Positions 59,908-64,000 of a stretch of DNA of 64,000 bases are shown piece after piece. The stretch's first letter is position 1; each line of letters opens with the position of its first letter. A program made the translations under genes and the position numbers. The stretch covers positions 26,181 to 90,180 of the forward strand of contig MU057448.1 of assembly GCA_013265495.1 (NCBI GenBank). Direction: 5' to 3'. The notes beneath the pieces are model-generated. The model was not told where the DNA came from. It was given only the letters and a program-made list of their open reading frames with translations, and made no database searches. This stretch comes from Vicugna vicugna (taxonomy: Eukaryota).

Positions 59908-60789
59908 CTGGAGGAAAACAGCGATAAGTGAAAACAGTGATAAGTGTCAGCTTTGCTCTCTCCACCTCACTCATCTGTTAGAAAAAGCTCTTTCTACAGA
60001 GGAGCTCTTTGAGGACTTTGCCAAGATCTGGAAACACGTCCCGCCACGAAAGTGTAAAATATATCTTAGGGTATCATTTTAAATGTAAACTATGCACCTG
60101 AAATCATAAAAAGGATTTTTGAAGCGATATTTCAACTGGCAAGCAGCCAGGACTGCAAAATTTTATCCAAAACACATCTCACAGATCTCTTCTCCAAAAA
60201 GGCATTAGTCCTAAGCGAGCTGCAAAGTAACTTGAAGACAGCAAAGATCTGCACGATAGTAGAGACCATTCAGTATTATTCCCACCTTTTTACAGATTAT
60301 TATTTGCTTTAGAAGCACATTAAAATGATTCAGTGAAAGATCTAAATCTTTTTGGTTTTACCCCTCCAAAACTGCCCCTCAACGAGCATTAGCTGTGCAG
60401 ACCACACTCAGTGTAGAATTGCACTCTGACACCAGCCTGCTGATATGAAGCATTTTCAATATCCTCCAATTACGGAGTTTGAAGTTGTTTTTTTTTTAAC
60501 TCACTGCTTAAGGCCACCTAGCTATCTTGTTGAATGAAAACTTGGATGATTTGTTAATAGCCTACTGAATTCAGATGTTTATGCCATACTAATTTAAACC
60601 ACATGAAAATGGCAGGCTGTCCGCAGCAGGTGCTCATGCAGAGGGCTGGATGCACTAGCACAGTCCAGAGGTTTCCCATTGAGCACTGTCCACTCGAGCA
60701 GCCGGAGTTTCAGAGAAAACCTCAGTGAATCACCGAACTCGTCCTCATGGACTTTGAATTATCTACACACAAATTTAGTAAATTTGGCA

Positions 60790-61016
60790 GATTGAGATTT
60801 GCAAATTTTAAAACTAGATAAAAAACAAATTTCTTCTGTGTAGCACAGGGAACTATATTCAATACCTTGTAGTAATCTTCAATGGAAAAGAATATAAAAA
60901 TGAATATATGTACATATGTATATACACACACACACACACACAGGACTGGGACATTATGCTGTACACCAGAAATTGACACACTGCAACTGACTATACTTCA
61001 ATTTAAAAAAAAAAAA
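60790..61016 (+). mobile_element. L1 3' end
   Basis: TAGCACAGGGAACTATATTCAATACCTTGTAGTAA...CTATACTTCAAT plus poly-A. Confidence 0.85.
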
Positions 61017-64000
61017 CACTAGAAAAAGTTAGCATGTGAGGTTATGAGAGCAAAGTATCAACATATTTGTTACTTAACACATCTGAGAGCATCCACTTAG
61101 CAGAACCAGCGTCACAAGGAAACAGAAGAGTGTATGCCTACTCCCATCCTATTCCCCAAAATCATTCCAGCACCAGGGAGTCGTCACTCTGATTATTTCT
61201 TGGACTAGCACTGAAACGCAAATATGCTGAAGAATAACAAATCTTAAGGGATTATCACATAACATGCTACACGGGATAAGTTTATAAGATGCCTTCTAAT
61301 TATGACAAACAGCTGAGAGACAGTAAGAGAGACACAGGGCCGCAGTTGGAGGGTCAGTATCACCAACAACAGAAATGCTAAGGACAAGCTTTTCCTAAAT
61401 CCAGCCTGACATAGACAGAAGTTTTGTTTCTGCCATTAAAATATCAATCCATCAATGTTGTCTTCTTTTACATAAAAGCCAGCTGATTACTGTTGGTCTT
61501 TAGTTTATTACTGATAGCCTATAAGACAGATTCTCAATCCAAGTATATCATACTACCCAAGTCTAGTTCCATGGAAACCGCAACAGGGCATGTCACAAGT
61601 CACACTGGGTACAAGACAGTCACTGATTCAGCTAAACCACTTACTGTGCAGTACAGAGACCTGTAATCACTGCCAGCATCCACCTCTGCTAATACCTCAA
61701 ACATGGTAACAGGTATGAACATTTGCTAGAGTTCAGCAAGTCAGATGATTAAAAGTGAATAACTCACCTCTCTCTCAGGCTGAGGAAATATGACAGCCCA
61801 AAAAACACTGACAAAATGCTAGCCCTTATCAAAAGAGATATTTGGAGTAAATCAGAAAACATCACCCTAACTGTAAAAATCCTGATGCTTCCTGACCCCA
61901 GGGTAACAGGTGCAGTTCTAGTAACATGTTTCATAAAAGCAAAGCTGGAGAAGTTTCAAGGACAGACAACTAAAGCAAGCAAGGTGGAGTGGACAAGGGC
62001 TCTGTTAAATAGGGTGGGCTGGGAAGACAGGGATGAAGAGCTTCCAAAGGTGGAGTAAACATGACAAACAGAAGATCTGGGAGCAAAGGAAATGCCTTAC
62101 CGAGTCTGACAGTGAGAAACTGACCTCCGGGTTCTGCCTATTCTGGCTTCCTGGGAAAACACTGAATACTCTGCAAAGCACATCCTACACCTAGAACAGA
62201 GGAAAACTGTGAAGGAGGGACAGCAGCTGAGGCAGTGCCTGAGAATGGCATGCGCATGCCCAGTCACAGTCCGAGCAGTCTCTGGGGACATCGCTGCATG
62301 TCAGTACCACGGACCCTGATCTCACCCACCTGCCTACGTGGTATCTGTCTTAACAGAACGAGACATGCTGTAGGATGTGCTGAGATGTGGTGTCTCTTGC
62401 CCTCCCCACAGTCTGCGCTCCAGTGTTCTCCTGAGGCCAGGCCAGGTATGGCTTACCCCATGGGGCCACAGAACAAGATTCCCATGTTCCTCACGGGGAA
62501 ACTTAATCCTGGGAGAGGGGTGGGGTCCTGACTTCCTCAGCCCACTAGGAGCCCAACCTCCAAGCAGAGAGAGGGCCCACCACCGCCAGGTCCTAAAAGT
62601 GGGCCAGGCTGGCTCATCAGAGAAGTCACTGTGCAGCTGTCCTGGGAGGCCAGATCGCACAGGCCACGGAAGCTGTCCTAATCAGACTGGTGAGCTCAAC
62701 TCCTTGGAGACTCTCCAAGGAAGGCAGAGCCTTCAAGAACACACACAGTCCACCCCAGCATGGAAACCATCAGTGTCTAACCTGGAGATGTGTTCCCTGA
62801 TTCACCCAGCTGAAGCCCCTCATGGGAAGTGTGGGAACAGCCAGAAATGGGCACCCCCCGGACAAGGGACTGAGAGTGAGGGACCACTTGAGAGGCTGCC
62901 TGACTGGGGCTCTTATCACAGGTGAGGCCAGTGCACAAACCACGCAAAAAAAGGAAGAGCTGGCTTTGCACGTGGACTTCCCCCGCCTTTCCCAGGAGAG
63001 AAACACTGACTCAAACTTACTGTTTGTTGATGCTGTTAAGCCCTGGAAGGGGCTCATGCAGTAAACATAACTGCCCTTCTAACAGCAGGTGCAGGAGTTA
63101 CAGGAGTCTGCATCCCTGCACCTTCACCATCCATCCTGAGGCCTACAGCTTAGCTCCCAGAAACCAGAGCATTTGTGGTGAATAAACATGAAATCACCCA
63201 GATCAGGCTTTGTGACCAAAGACAACAGTACTTATTTGAAAAGTTGGTGAGCAGCTGGGAAGATGGTTATTGAATAAAAACAACTTATACGTAAACTTGT
63301 GGTTGATCAGAATGATTCTTAACCACAGAGAATGCTTTGCCTGCTAACTTTTTGTTTGGTGGCCCACAATTCTTTTATAACCAATATGTGCCAATGCTTG
63401 AAATATGACTTTCATCTGGACAAAATGATAAATCATATTTTTATTGTGTCCAGTGAATGAACATGGCATATCCATTCCAAGGGTCAATAAAAATTTGATT
63501 AATTTCCCTTTAAAATCTATGATCAATGTGTTGTATATCATTCAACTCCTTGAATAACTGAGAAACCATTAAGTTTTTCCTCAAATATAAAAGGATTACA
63601 GCATTTCTTCAATTTCATCATGCAGGCACATGATGGGAGACACTCTGTGAAAACCATAGATAACAAATCCTCTAACAATCTTTAAAATATTAGAATTTAG
63701 TTTCAGATTTGGTTGGATTCTGGGTATTTAGAATCCAATGTGACTCAAATTTGGCAAAGTGCTTTTTTCTTTTTAATATTTAATGTGAAATTTCCACTAA
63801 TTTCAAAAATGAAATAGACAAAAATAAGAGAAGCAATAGATTGCCACAGGAAGACATTTACATCACTGGGGAGAAGTCAGGCAAAGTAATCTGAACTGCA
63901 CAGAAATAAACACTTTGTTATTAATTCATTTACAACTCAGGAAACCTAAAGCTCACAAAAACATTGCTAAATAAACCCATGTTTATTTCTGTCTCCAGCA

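Noticed and set aside
61768..62260. Two short AG/GT-bounded segments (61768-61807, 62101-62170) and a 14-bp palindrome GGCATGCGCATGCC (NRF1-like)
   Set aside because: No recognisable homology; motifs of this size occur by chance and there is no transcript evidence.
63190..63900. Minus-strand stretch after an acceptor-like site, with a hydrophobic leader (MSSCGNLLLLLFLSISF) and protein-like fragments (FIDPWNGYAMFIHW)
   Set aside because: All frames have many stops and I cannot assign a family; a blastx search would be needed to call it a decayed gene.

Overview
Mammalian genomic DNA, most likely camelid, based on tRNA-Ala-derived Vic-1-type SINEs and the L1 3' UTR type. It is not prokaryotic, so most of the six-frame ORF track is noise. 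The main element is a ~44 kb minus-strand ANKRD26-family paralogue (ankyrin repeats plus long coiled coil). I traced its exons by hand from an ATG at 52653 to a decayed last exon near 8960. Twenty-one exons join into one open frame of 3570 nt (1190 codons), and a penultimate remnant exon adds KFDE-stop (about 1194 aa). This works only if three things hold: a destroyed donor is replaced by one 12 nt downstream, a stop-ridden CCDC144-type exon is skipped, and a cryptic acceptor is used in a 5'-deleted large exon. The last two ancestral exons are dead. Upstream on the same strand are four intron-separated, decayed COL12A1 fibronectin-III exons, an unprocessed duplicated fragment. Downstream is a second, dead ANKRD26 fragment fused to a 1.7 kb G-rich 19-bp tandem array, beside a CpG-rich L1 5' UTR. 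The rest is L1/L2/MIR/MaLR/MER58/SINE debris, two more minisatellites and a 124-N gap. Family assignments come from remembered protein and repeat sequences, not database searches. I see no evidence of a wholly new molecular system. The most interesting signal is a heavily remodelled but apparently frame-preserving ANKRD26 paralogue inside a mosaic duplicon.
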